Positions 10,154 to 22,362 of a stretch of DNA of 64,000 bases are shown piece by piece. The stretch is from NCBI GenBank assembly GCA_010909165.1, contig MU008158.1, positions 2,071,478 through 2,135,477 on the forward strand, in the 5' to 3' direction. The notes beneath the pieces were generated by a model. That model was not told where the DNA came from. It worked only from the letters and a program-made list of their open reading frames with translations, and ran no database searches. This DNA is from Anthoceros angustus (Eukaryota; Plantae; Anthocerotophyta). The stretch's first letter is position 1; each line of letters starts with the position of its first letter. The position numbers were made by a program, and so were the translations under genes.

Positions 10154-11865
10154 ATGGCAGTGTCGGTGTCGGGGCCGTGGACTGTTCCAAGAGCAGCTTA
10201 CCCTGCGGAAGGAGCTACAGTACAAGCTGCTGCATGCAGCGGGGCAGTGTGCGCGGGAAGAGGTAGGCAGGCCTGCATTGCCGCCGCCAGCAGGAAATGC
10301 TCCCATTTGCGGCTATGGTGGGGCGAGTCGGGAGCGGGGTCTCGAGTAGTGAGCTACAATCGGTCTGGCAGACAGGGGTGCGTGGTTCCCAGGAGCCAGG
10401 CAGCAGCAGCGGAAGAGCTCACCGTCGACAATGCCACCGGTGATGCATTCATTGTCTTGAATGTGTTCGTTTGCCAGCGGCAAACAAACAGCTGACTCGT
10501 GTGCTTATGTGTTGTGCATTGCATCAGTTCTGGTAGTTGGTGGTGGCGGGTGCGGGCTGGAGACCTTGAAGTCTCTGGCAAAGGCAGGCTCATGGGTCAC
10601 TGCCTACCAGAGGCATGACAAGTACCGCAAAGACATCGAGGACCTTGGGGCAATGCTTGCCATCGGGGACGTTCTAGACAAAGACGCCATCGCCAAGGCT
10701 TTCAGGACTAACTCCTTCGACGCCGTGGTGTGCACCGTAGGTGTGGTGTGCTTGCTTGCTTCCTTCATCCATCCCTCCTGCACGATCTACACCACACAGC
10801 ACTGCGCGACGTGGTGCAACAACACTGACGGGCTGTGGATTTTCCGTGCGCAGGTGGAGGAACAAAGAACGTCCAGGTTGACAAGGTGAGGCTCATCGAT
10901 AGGGTTCTGCTAAAGCTCGTCCTTCCATCCATGTGCCTGCATCCTACCCGGACTCAGCCTTGTTGCCAAATGCCTTTCCAGGACGGTGCCATCAATCTGA
11001 TCGATGCTGCCAAGAAAGCGGGAGTGGAAAGGTTCATCCTGGTAACCCCCATATGTCACGACACCACCAACCAACCAAGAGCAATGAAGCCTCCCTGTCA
11101 GATGCTCTGTGCGGCCACACCACACCACTCACAATATTCCCGTGTCACCATTGCAGATCAGCAGCATCGGAGTTGGGAACAGCGCGGGTGCGGTGACACC
11201 ACAGGTGGATCCCGTCACTCACTTTGTGCCATTTGTGTGTCTCTGGATGCAACAACGGACCAGCATTCAATGCAAGCATGAGTCTTGCTCCTTTCTGTTG
11301 TGCAGACGTACCAAGTGCTGGAGCAAGTCCTGCTGGCCAAGGGGGAGGCTGAGGAGTATCTCAAACAAAGCGGCCTCAGGTGGACGATTCTCCGGCCTGG
11401 AGGACTCCTGAATGACGTGAGTACGATTCCCTCCTTTCAATCAGACAACATCACAACCCTCACTCCCTCACCAACCCACTTGTCCCTCACAGCCTGCCAC
11501 CGGACGTGGAATCCTGACGGAGGATACAACCATAGCCGGAGTCATCCCCCGCCCCGACGTGGCTTCCGTGGTAACTAATCCTGCCCTCACCAATCCCAAT
11601 CCTCCTCCTTTCTCGACCGTTAACCGCCCCTGCGAACCACCCGGTTGCTGTGTAGATCAAGCAAATCCTGTTCAACAAGGAAACCGAGTTGAAGACTTTC
11701 TCTCTCATCGACCGCGAAACTGTAAGCGAACCACCACTCGCTCCAGCGAACTGTGGTCGTTGTTCAAACTCCGTCCATCATGCATTCTAACTCGCACTCC
11801 TTTCTGTGCAGCTTCTTCCGCCAACGGCGACCCTGGACGGCATCAACATCTTCCCACTGGCCTGA
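10154..11865 (+). CDS. Plastid-targeted NAD(P)-binding Rossmann-fold protein (atypical SDR, TIC62/YhfK-like), multi-exon
   Basis: Transit-peptide-like exon 1; VLVVGGGGCG; D.AINLIDAAKKAGVERFILISSIGVG; AKGEAEEYLKQSGLRWTILRPGGL; IPRPDVA. Short GT-AG introns keep frame; TGA at 11863-11865. Confidence 0.85.
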
Positions 11866-12522
11866 AGGCTGAGGGCGTAGTAGTCCAGTGCCCAGTCCAG
11901 TCTAGACCTAAATAGTTGTGGAAGAAACCTACATGAATCCGGCAGGCCGAGCAGCGGTGAGACTGTGCGTTGCGTTACCATAACCACGGAACCAGCGCGA
12001 AATTTACTTCAAACCCCGCACACGCGAAGAGCCGAAGTCAGGACTTGCGCGGTTATCCAGTCAATAATTGCGGCGGAAGGCACCGGCACTGCAGCCCGCC
12101 CACCTCCCGAGGAGCCGGTCGGCCGGTGCGACCAGCGGCCCAGATTCCGCACCCGCGTTCATGTCGCGCCGTGGCCCGTAATTGCTCCAGGATCCGGGAT
12201 GCCGCGCCTGTGCCGCACCGGCACGTGGCGACCTGCCGCCGATTAACGAAGCCGCCGCGTGCCCATCTCTCGCCGAGATGCGCTCGCCTTCCACTGTATT
12301 TGAACCGGCTCGCCGCGATCTCGTTTTCTTCTCCTTCTTCTTTGTTTTGTTCCCTTCGCTGGCCCCGAATCACTCTCTGCGCTCTCCCTCGTGCATCCTC
12401 CCATTGCTGAGCGCTTCCTCGTTCTTCTCATCCTTGCATTCTGGTGGCACGAATTGCAATTCGGAAGCGAGCAATTGCTGTGACGGATCGTTTCAATCTT
12501 TCTCGGGGGCCTGGTTCGGTCC

Positions 12523-15500
12523 ATGGTCTCGGCAGCCCTGCGGCTAGCCGGACCAAAAGCCTTGGCGCGCTCTGCCCTCCGACCTAGGGCTGGCTCAAGA
12601 CGCTTGCTTGCGCCTCCTTCTTGCTGCTCTTCTTCTGGTGTTGCTGCCGTTGCCGGATTGGCGTCCAAGTTGAAGGTGAAGCCTCCTGCTGCGGCTCCTG
12701 CTTCTGGAGTGAGGATCCTGAGGGGGAGCGGGAGGCGAGGAAGCTTTCGGGAAAGTGCGGCGCTTGCTGTGCGGGAGGCGGAGGAGGTCGCCATGGTGAA
12801 GCGCGGGGCGGGGGCCATGGCGTGGCGGCCTATCCTCGGGGCCGCCATCTTCCGCTTCGACGTGAGCGAGGCGGCGATGAAGGAGGCGAGCCCGTCGCCT
12901 CCTTCGAGCGTCAGGCGGAGGAGGCGTTTCTTGTGGAGGGAGGGGAGCGGGGCCGGAGGACCCGCTGTACGTGCCGGTGTGGAAGGAGGAGCACGGGCAG
13001 CAGACGGTGGCCGTGGAGGTGCCGGCGGGGAGCTCCTTCTACGGACGGGGAGGTGAGCGGGGGCTGGAGCGGAGCGGGAAGCGGGTGGTGACATGGAACA
13101 CGGACGCGTGGGGGTACGGGGCGGGGACCAGCTCGCTGTACCAGTCCCACCTGGGTGTTCGCAGTGTTCCCCAGCGGGGAGGTGTTCGGGGTGCTCGCGG
13201 ATACCAGCCTGCGGCTGGAGATCGATCTGAAGAAGCCCGGGGTGGTGAGGTTCAAGGGCGCGCCCGATGCGCCTCCCTTCCCCGTCATCACCTTCGGGCC
13301 GTACGCCCGGCCCGAGATGCTGTGCGCGGCCCTGGCGCGGGCCGTGGGCACGGCGGCCATGCCCCCCAAGTGGACGCTCGGGTTTCACCAGTGCAGGTGG
13401 AGCTACGACTCGGCGGAGCGGGTACGGGAGGTGGCCAGCACGTTCCGCGCCAAGAGCATCCCCTGCGATGTGCTCTGGATGGACATCGACTACATGGACG
13501 GATTCCGCTGCTTCACCTTCGACCCCGCCACATTCCCGGATCCCAAGGGCCTGTCAGACCATCTCCACGGGGAGGGCTTCCGGGGTGTGTGGATGCTGGA
13601 CCCCGGGATCAAGCAGGAGGCCGGGTATGGAATTCACGACTCGGGCTCCGCGGCGGACGCCTGGATCCACACCAAGAACGGGAAGCCGTACGTGGGGAAT
13701 GTGTGGCCGGGGCCGTGCTTGTTCCCGGACTTCACCATTGGCAGGGCGCGGGCCTGGTGGGCTGAGAATGTGAGGAAGTTCTGTGATGCGGGCGTGGACG
13801 GGATCTGGAATGACATGAACGAGCCTGCCGTGTTCAACACTGTGTCCAAGACCATGCCGCTCACCAACATCCATAGGGGAGACGCGGAGCTGGGAGGGAA
13901 GCAGAGCCATGCCTTCTACCACAATGCGTACGGGACGCTCATGGCGAGATCCACCTATGAGGGGATGCTGCTGGCGAATCCGGGGAAGCGCCCGTTTGTG
14001 CTCACCCGGGCGTGCCTCATTGGGAGCCAGAGGTACGCGGCGACCTGGACGGGGGATAATGTCTCCACCTGGGAGCATCTGCACATGAGCGTGCCCATGG
14101 CGCTCAATTTGGGGCTCAGCGGGCAGCCGCTGGTGGGGCCTGACATCGGGGGCTTTTCGGGGGACGCCACGCCCAGGATGTTCGCAAGGTGGATGGGGGT
14201 GGGCTCGCTGCTGCCCTTCTGCCGCGCGCACTCGGAGAAAGGAACCTCGGATCATGAGCCATGGAGCTTCGGGAAGGAGGTGGAGGATCTGTGCAGGCTG
14301 GCGCTGGAGAGGCGGTACCGCCTCCTCCCGCATCTCTACACCCTCATGTACCAGGCGCACCGGACGGGAGTCCCGGCCATGACCCCGCTCTTCTTCGCGG
14401 ACCCCAAGGACCCCAGGTTGCGGGAAGTGGACGACGCCTTCCTGCTGGGTTCTCTTCTGGTGTCCGCAAACACGAGTCTCAAGAGGAAGTTTGACCCTGC
14501 TTCGGTGCTTCTGCCCGATGGGATTTGGCGATGGTTCGATTTCCAGGACCAGCACGCGGATCTCCCGTTGCTGCATCTCAGAGGCGGGAGCATTGTGCCC
14601 ACGGGGGCTGTTATCCAGAATGTGGGCCAGGCGCGGGAGACGGACGCTGTCGTGCTGCTGGTGGCGCTGGACGAGAGGGGGAGTGCGGAGGGGACGCTGT
14701 TTGAGGACGATGGGGATGGGTTTGGGTACAAGGCGGGGGATTATCTGCTGACGCGGTACCAGGCCAGGTACGCTCAAGCCAGGAACGGGGTTCCTGAGGC
14801 CGCCGTGGTGGTGAGTGTGGGGGAGTGTGAGGGGCGGAGGAAGAGGCCGGAGCGGGTGTTGAAGGTGCGGCTGCTTGTGGACGATGGGGTTTTTGTGGAG
14901 GCGGAGGGGAGGGATGGGGAGGAGGTGTTGGTGAAGCTGCCTGCGGCGGAGGAGATTGCGCAGATGGTGGCGGGTAGCAGGAGGAGGCTGCAGGCGCTGG
15001 TGGAGGAGGAGGCGGTGCACGACGCCGGGGCGGACCACCTTCTGGAAGAGGAGGCTGAGGAGGAGGAGCAGAGGAAGATACTTGTGGATCTAGTGCGAGG
15101 AGACTGGGCCCTGAAGGTGGTGCCGGGGATTGGCGGGAGGATCACTTCCATGGTGCACCTTCCCAGCAAGCACGAGTGGCTGTGGAGCAGAGTCGATTTC
15201 GGGGGGTATGAGGAATATAGCGGGGTGGAGTATCGATCTGCGGGATGCACGGAGTTTTACCACATTGTGGACAAGGAACAAGACAACACCCTGTGCATGG
15301 AAGGGGATATCGGAGGGGGCCTTGTAGTAGCCCGTCGCATTGGGCTGTCAGGGGACGTGGCCCCGGCCCCCGGCCTTTCCGACAATGCCATCCAAATCTG
15401 CTCCAGGATCGAAGCCAGGTCTGTGGGGGCGGGCTCAGGAGGGTTCTCCAGGCTGGTGTGCCTGCGGGTGCATCCGACTTTCAACCTCAACGACCCAACC

Positions 15501-15875
15501 GCGTCCGTCGTCAGGTTTACAGCCATCGACGGGAGCATGCATGAGATCAGGTCGGAGGCTGAAGACACCACCTTGCAGGGGGACAGCCGGCCCAACGGAG
15601 TGTGGAGCTTGATCGACACGGAAACCGGCCTGGCTGTGGTGAACACTTTTCAGGTGGATGAGGTGGCCACGTGCTTCATCCACTGGGGCCCGGGCTGCTG
15701 CAACCTGGAGCTCTGGTCGGAGGAAAGGCCTGTTTCGGGAGACACTCCCATTCAGATCAGCCATGAGTACCGCTTCACCAACATCTATGACGAGATCGTC
15801 GATCAGCTGCCCGAGATCCCGGTCGACTCCCTTCTCAGATTGGAGCAGGTGAATGACATTACAGTTTATGCTTGA
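12523..15875 (+). CDS. HGL1: GH31 alpha-glucosidase, heteroglycan glucosidase 1-like; intronless, with several small indels at ~12898-13152 that are probably sequence errors
   Basis: Transit peptide, then PILG..IFRFD; SFYG.GEVSG.LER.GKRV.TWNTDAWGYG; PPKW.LG.HQCRWSY; WMDIDYMDGFRCFTFD; nucleophile motif WNDMNE (13806-13823); WTGDN (14046-14060); C-terminal GAGSGGFSRLVCLRVHP and LELWSEERPVS typical of plant HGL1. Confidence 0.9.
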
Positions 15876-16676
15876 GCTGTGTGTGTCCCTTCTGTGGAGC
15901 CATTCAATCAAATGGCTCCTCTGAAATGTCCTCAAAATCTCTTCGGCGAGGAGTCTCAAGACTTCTCTCAACCAGTGTACAGATTGTATTGAGACCTATT
16001 ACAAAAAATCCATTATTCTATCCAGATCCACCTACACAAGTGCCAGGGCAGTATACAGGGTTCGTAAATTCATTCGTTCCCATCCTCGTCCACCACTCTT
16101 GAATTAAAAATCCTCACACTTTCTCATCCATATGTCAAGATTCCTATTGGGATAACTCACTACATACTACAACAGACTTCACCTACACTTGATACACATA
16201 TTTCGACCAACTTGTCCTCATTATTGTGGAATCCTCACACTGATGGGCACCAGGAACCTTCAGTGAGCTGCAGAAGCTGTGAAGAAGACAAAACTGAGGA
16301 GGGGCTGAACCAGCGGACTACACCAGTTGCTGCATCGGTGAGTCGCTGGTGTGAATGATCTAGGTCCCTAGCCCTGCACCATGTGAGTTTTCGATGTGCG
16401 TGATATTGGCCAGAGTACTCCGGACCCCGCTTCTTTTATCGACGCGACTTTGTGCCCACTACTCTTCAAATTCGCCTGGCTGGTCATCCATGCCACATCC
16501 TCCATTGCACCTGAATCCTTGGGCCAATATGACGCAGAATTAGCTTTTCTTCACAACACAAGTCCACACCTATGGATCAGATCCTTGATCTCTTTCACAC
16601 GAATCTTCCCTCCCTTTTGCACTTTAAGTCAGCCGATCACCCCTGCGAGCTGTTGATACTTATGAGCAATATCTAC

Positions 16677-18236
16677 TCAATCAGATCCCTGATCTCTTTC
16701 CACCACGGATCCTCCCTCTCCCGTCCACCTATGTTGACCTCCTGTCCTGCCAGCTCTCGATCTGTTTGAGCCATATCCATGGTCATTGTCCTCATCCCCC
16801 TTCGAATCATCCCTGGGTCTCTTCGAGACATATTTGGATCTCCTCCCATCGTCATCATTTGATTCATCACCATCAACCCCCTTGTCGTTCCCATCTTGCC
16901 CTCTACTGTTTTCAAATCTGCCATTCGCAGAACCTTGTCCTCTCCTCCCATTCTCGTCTCTCACATCATCATCCTTCTTTGCCTTGCAATTGTCAGACCC
17001 CCTCCCGCGCCTGTCATCACCAATCCTTCCATCATCAGACCCCCTCCCGCGCCTGTCATCACCAGCCCTTCCATCATCTCGCCTTGCATTTCTGCGCCTG
17101 TCATCACCCGCCCTTCCATCATCATCTCGCCTTGGATTCGACCCTCTTGCTGCTCTGTCTTCATATTGAGATCTCCCATTGTTATCGAATCGTGACCTCC
17201 GACTTTCAAAGTCCCTCACCCTCTGATCATCATGCCGTCTCCTCCTATCACCATCTGTCGGTCTTGCATTGTCAGATCGATCAGATGCTCTGCCTGGCTC
17301 ATAGCGGTCATGACCCCACCTTGGACCATCAGCTCCACGGTCCCCCTTGGATCCACCAGCCCCAGGACCCCACCCTGTGTTTGCATTTCTCTGGAAAAGC
17401 ACAAACACAAACACTTTCAGCAGCAAGCTTAAGACCGACACTGAACTCAGCTACCATGGAACCTGTGGGAAGAGCACTACCTGTTCATCATGAGAGAATC
17501 TACAAGACGAACCACGAGTGCATTCTCCTCGCTGGAAGTTGTAACAGACTCCACGCTCTTCCCTCTTCTTCTGCTCCTCTTCTTCGTCCTCCTGTACTTT
17601 CCTCTTATAGTCAAGAACATGATCAACCTTCAAGATTCGTCCCAGGACTTTAGCGCCATTCAAATTATCTGCCAACAAAAGAAGGCCCACCACACCATCC
17701 ATGTTCAGACCATCCATGTTCGGAACACGGCAAGGCAATAGAACCCGATCAATAAACTATCAGGATATCGTACATCAAGAGAAAACTCTTGCACATCCTC
17801 ATGCAGAGTAGGAACAAGGGTGGCTCACCAACTGCGAGCACGGTGCTCCTCTGATCTTCATACGCAACAAACGCGTACCCCTTTGACTTCCCAGTTCCTT
17901 TGTCCCTGACAAGATTGAGATCCACAATCTCTCCGTACCTATCACAAAGCGAAAATTAGGTCAACAGCCTGCAGCAGCAGCTTCTTCAACCAGACCTCAG
18001 CAAAGGCTCTCCAAAACATCACAAAACACGACCAGTAGGACTAGGAAGGGAAGAAACACATACTGAGCGAAAACAGAAAGGACGTCACCCTCCGTGAGGT
18101 CGAAAGGCAGTCCTCCTGTAAAGATGTAAGCTGAATTTTTGTATCTGGCGTGCCAAGACCCGTCGTCAGAAACGCCCGCCGCGGTCTCCCTGGCAGTGAT
18201 CTTCTGCAGGTTCTTCACCTGCGTCAGCGGATTCAT
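16677..18236 (-). CDS. RBMX2: RBMX2/Snu17(IST3)-like RRM plus CCCH zinc-finger splicing factor (RES complex) with RD/RG-rich tail; exons 18236-18064, 17938-17829, 17668-17481, 17390-16677
   Basis: MNPLTQVK..Q.I..RE...G.....SWHARYK.SAYIF.GGLPFDLTEGDVL.VFAQYGEIVD.NLVRDKGTGKSKG.AF.AYEDQRSTVLAVDNLNG; CYNFQRGECTRGSSCRFSH zinc finger. The 3' end is less certain. Confidence 0.9.
16990..17130 (-). repeat. Coding tandem repeat of ~42 bp (DDGRA/IGDDRRG/RR units) in the RBMX2-like tail
   Basis: cccctcccgcgcctgtcatcacc recurs at ~16999 and ~17041; gcgcctgtcatcacc again at ~17094. Confidence 0.8.
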
Positions 18237-18630
18237 GCCGTTCCTTTCGTCTCACTAGACACAGTGCTGAAATTTTGATACGAACAACGAAACACGATCC
18301 AAGGCGACCTTTGGGGACCGGGTTGTTACGTAAAGGTCTGCCCAGCACGTATACCACCTACATGTCGATGGAATAAATACATACACATCAACAAGTAGGT
18401 AGAGCTACATATGTACTCCCAAAACGTAACTCAAGTGTATAAGGAGAGCAACCAGGGTTGGGCTGAGCGTACCGTGCGGTCAGGCAGCTTCGTGTCCTTG
18501 CCAAGGCTCTCATCAGGTGGCCTGGTGTCCTTGGTGTCCTTGCCAAGCCTCAGCTGGTGCTGGTGTCCTTGTTCGCTCGCCTCTAGACGGCATTTGGATC
18601 TGAAGTGCTGCTGCAGCGCCCTGATCTTTG
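18237..18630. promoter_or_regulatory. Divergent intergenic region shared by the RBMX2-like gene and VHA-H
   Basis: 394 bp between divergent ATGs; contains four copies of GTGTCCTTG. Confidence 0.5.
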
Positions 18631-20850
18631 ATGTCTCCCACTGCCACCACCGCGGACGTGCTCAAGCGGGACATACCATGGGAGACATACATGACCGCCA
18701 AGCTCATCAACAGCACAGATCTGCAGCTCCTGCGACGCTACGATAGGAGACCAGAGAGTGTACAAGCGGCGCTGCTGGATGAGGTGCGGGAGGGACGGAG
18801 TAGGACGTGCTGAATTTCGCATTCTACCTTTTTTGTGTGCTTGTGGATCGTCATTTTATGTTTCCTTGTTCGCAGAATGGGCCGGCCTACATGCGTGTTT
18901 TCCTCAGTCTCGTGCGGAACATAAGTAAGGAGGAGACCGTGGAGTACGTTCTGGCCGTCATTGATGAGTTGCTGTCAGGTGACAATTACCGTGTCTTTTT
19001 CTGCGGGTCTGGAAGCTGGATTGGTGCTAAATCCCCGCTGCGCATTTCTCTGAAGAATGCCTGAGAGGCTGGACGTCTGTGCAGCCAATCCAAAGCGTGC
19101 CAGATTGTTTCACAGTCAGGAGTTTGAGAATGAGGACGTCTATCAGCCATTTTCAAGGTGCGGAACCGCAGTGTTGTGTAAACCATCATGCTTGCAATAA
19201 CATACTCTAGCTGGATCATCGTGTCGTAGACCCAAGCTCCTCACTGTGAGACATCATGCCTGGGATGTTTGATTTGTGCAGGTTGTTGTCTAAGAACAAT
19301 TGGTTTATGGAAGAGAAAGCCTCCAAAATATTGACGGTGGCTATCAGGTGAGCTTCACGCCTGGCATGTTTCATCTCCACACTTTCACAAGGCCTCAAAA
19401 TCTGGAGAACACTGACTTTGTGTCATGTAATCCAGCTCAAGACCCAGAGATGATACAAGTACGAAGACCAAGCATTTGCAAGATGTCATTCAGAGTGTTG
19501 TGAACTGGCTCTGCGCTCAGGTAAGTAGCAATGCGACTGATTAATGTTGGATAATTTTTATCAATGTGACTGGTGCTTGCACGGTTTCTCATCAGCCGTT
19601 GATGTGTTTGATGGTTGTTGTTTTCTGTGCGTAGTTGCGGCACCCCTCCCACCCAACACGAGCGATACCTACTGCTGTTAGCTGCCTGGCTGCTCTTCTA
19701 CGAGAGCCAGGAATAAGGACTTTGTTTGTTCAGTCAGATGGCGTCAAGCTTATAGCCCCACTCATCTCACCTGCTTCTTCTCAGCAATACATACAGGTAC
19801 ACAATGAATGCCCGGCCCACCAGGGTATTGCTTCGACCGAATGCAGCAAGAGTCGAAACGTATAGGTTGGGTTTTTTTTTTTTGTGTCTAATTAGTTGCT
19901 GGCTACTTTTTGGATCTCTACGCAGCTCTTGTACGAGGCAACTCTGTGTATGTGGCTACTATCATATCATGATGATGCAGTCGAAACCATTACAAACACG
20001 CGTGCAATACCTCGTTTGGTGGAAGTGGTTAGAACAACGTCCAAAGAAAAGGTGCTCAGTAGTTGACTCTAGAATTAGGGCTGTTGGCGTGTGAGAGAAC
20101 ATTGGCTGACCATCCGCACATCGTTGCAGGTGGTACGAGTGGCGATTCTCACCCTAAAAAACTTGGTCACCAGGCAAAATCTTGCAGCTGATATGGTGGA
20201 GGCTGGCCTTGATAAAGCTATTTACAACCTGAGACAGTTGGCATGGAGTGACGAGGTTCTGTCAAGGTTCTTGGTCCATTGAAATGGTCTTCCTCTCACC
20301 TCGTCTGACAGTGCTCGTGGAATTCACAGGACCTGACTCAAGCTCTGGATGCACTAGAGACTTCTCTGAAAGACAGCATCAAACAATTGAGCTCCTTTGA
20401 GAAGTACAAACAGGAAGTTCTTTCAGGAAACCTGGACTGGACTCCCATGCACAAAGATGCCTTGTTTTGGAAGGAGAATATACATAAATTTGAGGAAAAT
20501 GATTATCAGGTATGTGTGGCAGTTCAATTGTGTTTTTGGCCCCCTTGTGGTGTTTGATTCCTTCTCGCTATAGAATGGAACTTACCAACCTTCCTGTGTG
20601 GCAGATTTTGCGTATCCTTGTAACTATTCTTGACACTTCAAGGGATCCCAAGACTCTTGCCGTTGCATGCCATGATCTTTCCAGCTTCATCCAGAATCAC
20701 CCAGCTGGGCGTGGCATTTTACAGGATCTGCGGGTCAAGGACCGTGTTATGAAGCTCATGGGTCACGAAAACTCAGAAGTTGCTAGGGAGGCTCTCCTTT
20801 GTGTGCAGAAGATCCTTCTGAGTGCAAAATATCTGTCTTACATCCAGTGA
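18631..20850 (+). CDS. VHA-H: V-type proton ATPase subunit H, multi-exon
   Basis: [16 protein letters not shown]...LQLLRRYD; GPAY.RVF; [10 protein letters not shown]; KEKVVRV; WSDEDL; [40 protein letters not shown]; LAVACHDL; VMKLM.HEN.EV...AL.CVQK. GT-AG introns. Confidence 0.95.
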
Positions 20851-21988
20851 CATTAGTTTTGCGTTCTTCGTTGTTACCATTTTCATAGTGTGCTTAAATG
20901 TTAAGGATGGTAACCGATCCACACCTCTCATCAAGAACACATCAAATGTGTGTGTTGGATTTGGTCATTGTGGGTAGGATGGTGGTTGGTGGCTGGGAGG
21001 GATGGTCTGGTATGGAACCAGGTCTACCTATAGCAGGAGGACAGGTAGTTCCGATGCAGATCTGAGGACAGGCCCCAAGCCTAGCACTGGGGGATGCATT
21101 GGACGATGCAGCACTATTGCAGTGAAAGGATGGACAAGTGTTAGACGACCAGCTTCTGTGTACCCCATTATGCAGACAAGTACAGAGTCAGGAAGGATTA
21201 TACACATGACATTGTTACAGTAAGGTATGCATCTACAGTGGAAACAGCGTTGGCATTGAGGATATCGCCAAGCAGCCACCGTTGTTGCGAATTTAATCCC
21301 AGAATTAGTCTATTAGGACGAGAACTTGCGAAAACAACTAGCGACTTTTCGGGAAAGCACAGCATGCATTAGTCTATCAAGGGTGTCCCGTTGTTGATCA
21401 GCTGCTTTCCTCCTGATGTTTAAGTCAAGGCACACCTGTTAGAAATATCTTTCACTGCCGGTGGGAGGCCTCAACTATAGTCAGAAAAGCCGCGTTCAGA
21501 CTTGTTCATGGTCCCTTCAATCTTTATCACCTGTATCAGTTTTGCACTTTTGAAGATAAAATGCACTCCTTTTATTACATGCCTATTTAAATTGTTAAGA
21601 TATGCCTTACCCGAGGTGTAGTTGAACAGGGTAAATCCGAAATAATTATTATTTGAAAACAAATAAGGTTCAATATAAATATTTATATTTTTAAACTTTC
21701 AAAATTTATAAAAAAAATTTATTAAATTTCAATATTTATTAGAATACATAGGTATCTATATAGAATTAATAAATAAGTATAGAGCTCCCCTAAATAGGCC
21801 CTAATTTTCTACACAAACTCTAGTTTCCTTGTTTTCAGCATCTTAAATTTATGAATTTTTATATATTGGGCATTTTAAGTATAATAATTTCTGGATTTTC
21901 AATTTTTACTAATTTTAATTAATTAAATCCAACTCACCCTTTGGGGTACGGTATCTAAATTCCATCAATTAACCCGGAATGCCTGCAC

Positions 21989-22362
21989 GTCTCAATTCAA
22001 GACTTTAACAATATTGTAGTTGATATGTCCATTGCGAGACTGTCTCAATTCGAGACTTTTACACAACTGTAGTTGATACATCCATTTTCAATTCGAGGAA
22101 TTGAGATTTTACAGTAGTTGATACATCCATTTTCAATTCGAGGAATTGAGATTTTACAATACTGTAGTTGATACATCCATTTTCAATTCGAGGAATTGAG
22201 ATTTTACAATACTGTAGTTGATACATCCATTTTCAATTCGAGGAATTGAGATTTTACAATACTGTAGTTGATACATCCATTTTCAGTTCGAGAAGTTGAC
22301 ATATTCATTGTGAGACCGTCGCAATTCGAGACTTTTACACTACATTAGTTGATGTCTCCATT
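21989..22362. repeat. Minisatellite with 50-bp unit ACTGTAGTTGATACATCCATTTTCAATTCGAGGAATTGAGATTTTACAAT, about 7 units with degenerate outer copies
   Basis: 22161-22210 and 22211-22260 are identical; neighbouring units are truncated or diverged. Internal palindrome TCAATTC-GAG-GAATTGA. Confidence 0.9.

Noticed and set aside
12898-13152. Programmed frameshifting or pseudogenisation of GH31
   Set aside because: Indels cluster in G/C runs in one short stretch while the remaining ~900 codons are clean, so sequencing error is more likely.
13554-15038. 494-aa antisense ORF (and 12243-13388)
   Set aside because: Shadow frames of the GC-rich GH31 coding sequence; low-complexity translation.
16766-17653. 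His-rich 295-aa + strand ORF
   Set aside because: Antisense shadow of the Asp/Arg-rich RBMX2-like tail.
21989-22362. CRISPR-like array (palindromic repeats)
   Set aside because: Units are contiguous with no unique spacers, no cas genes are present, and the context is eukaryotic.
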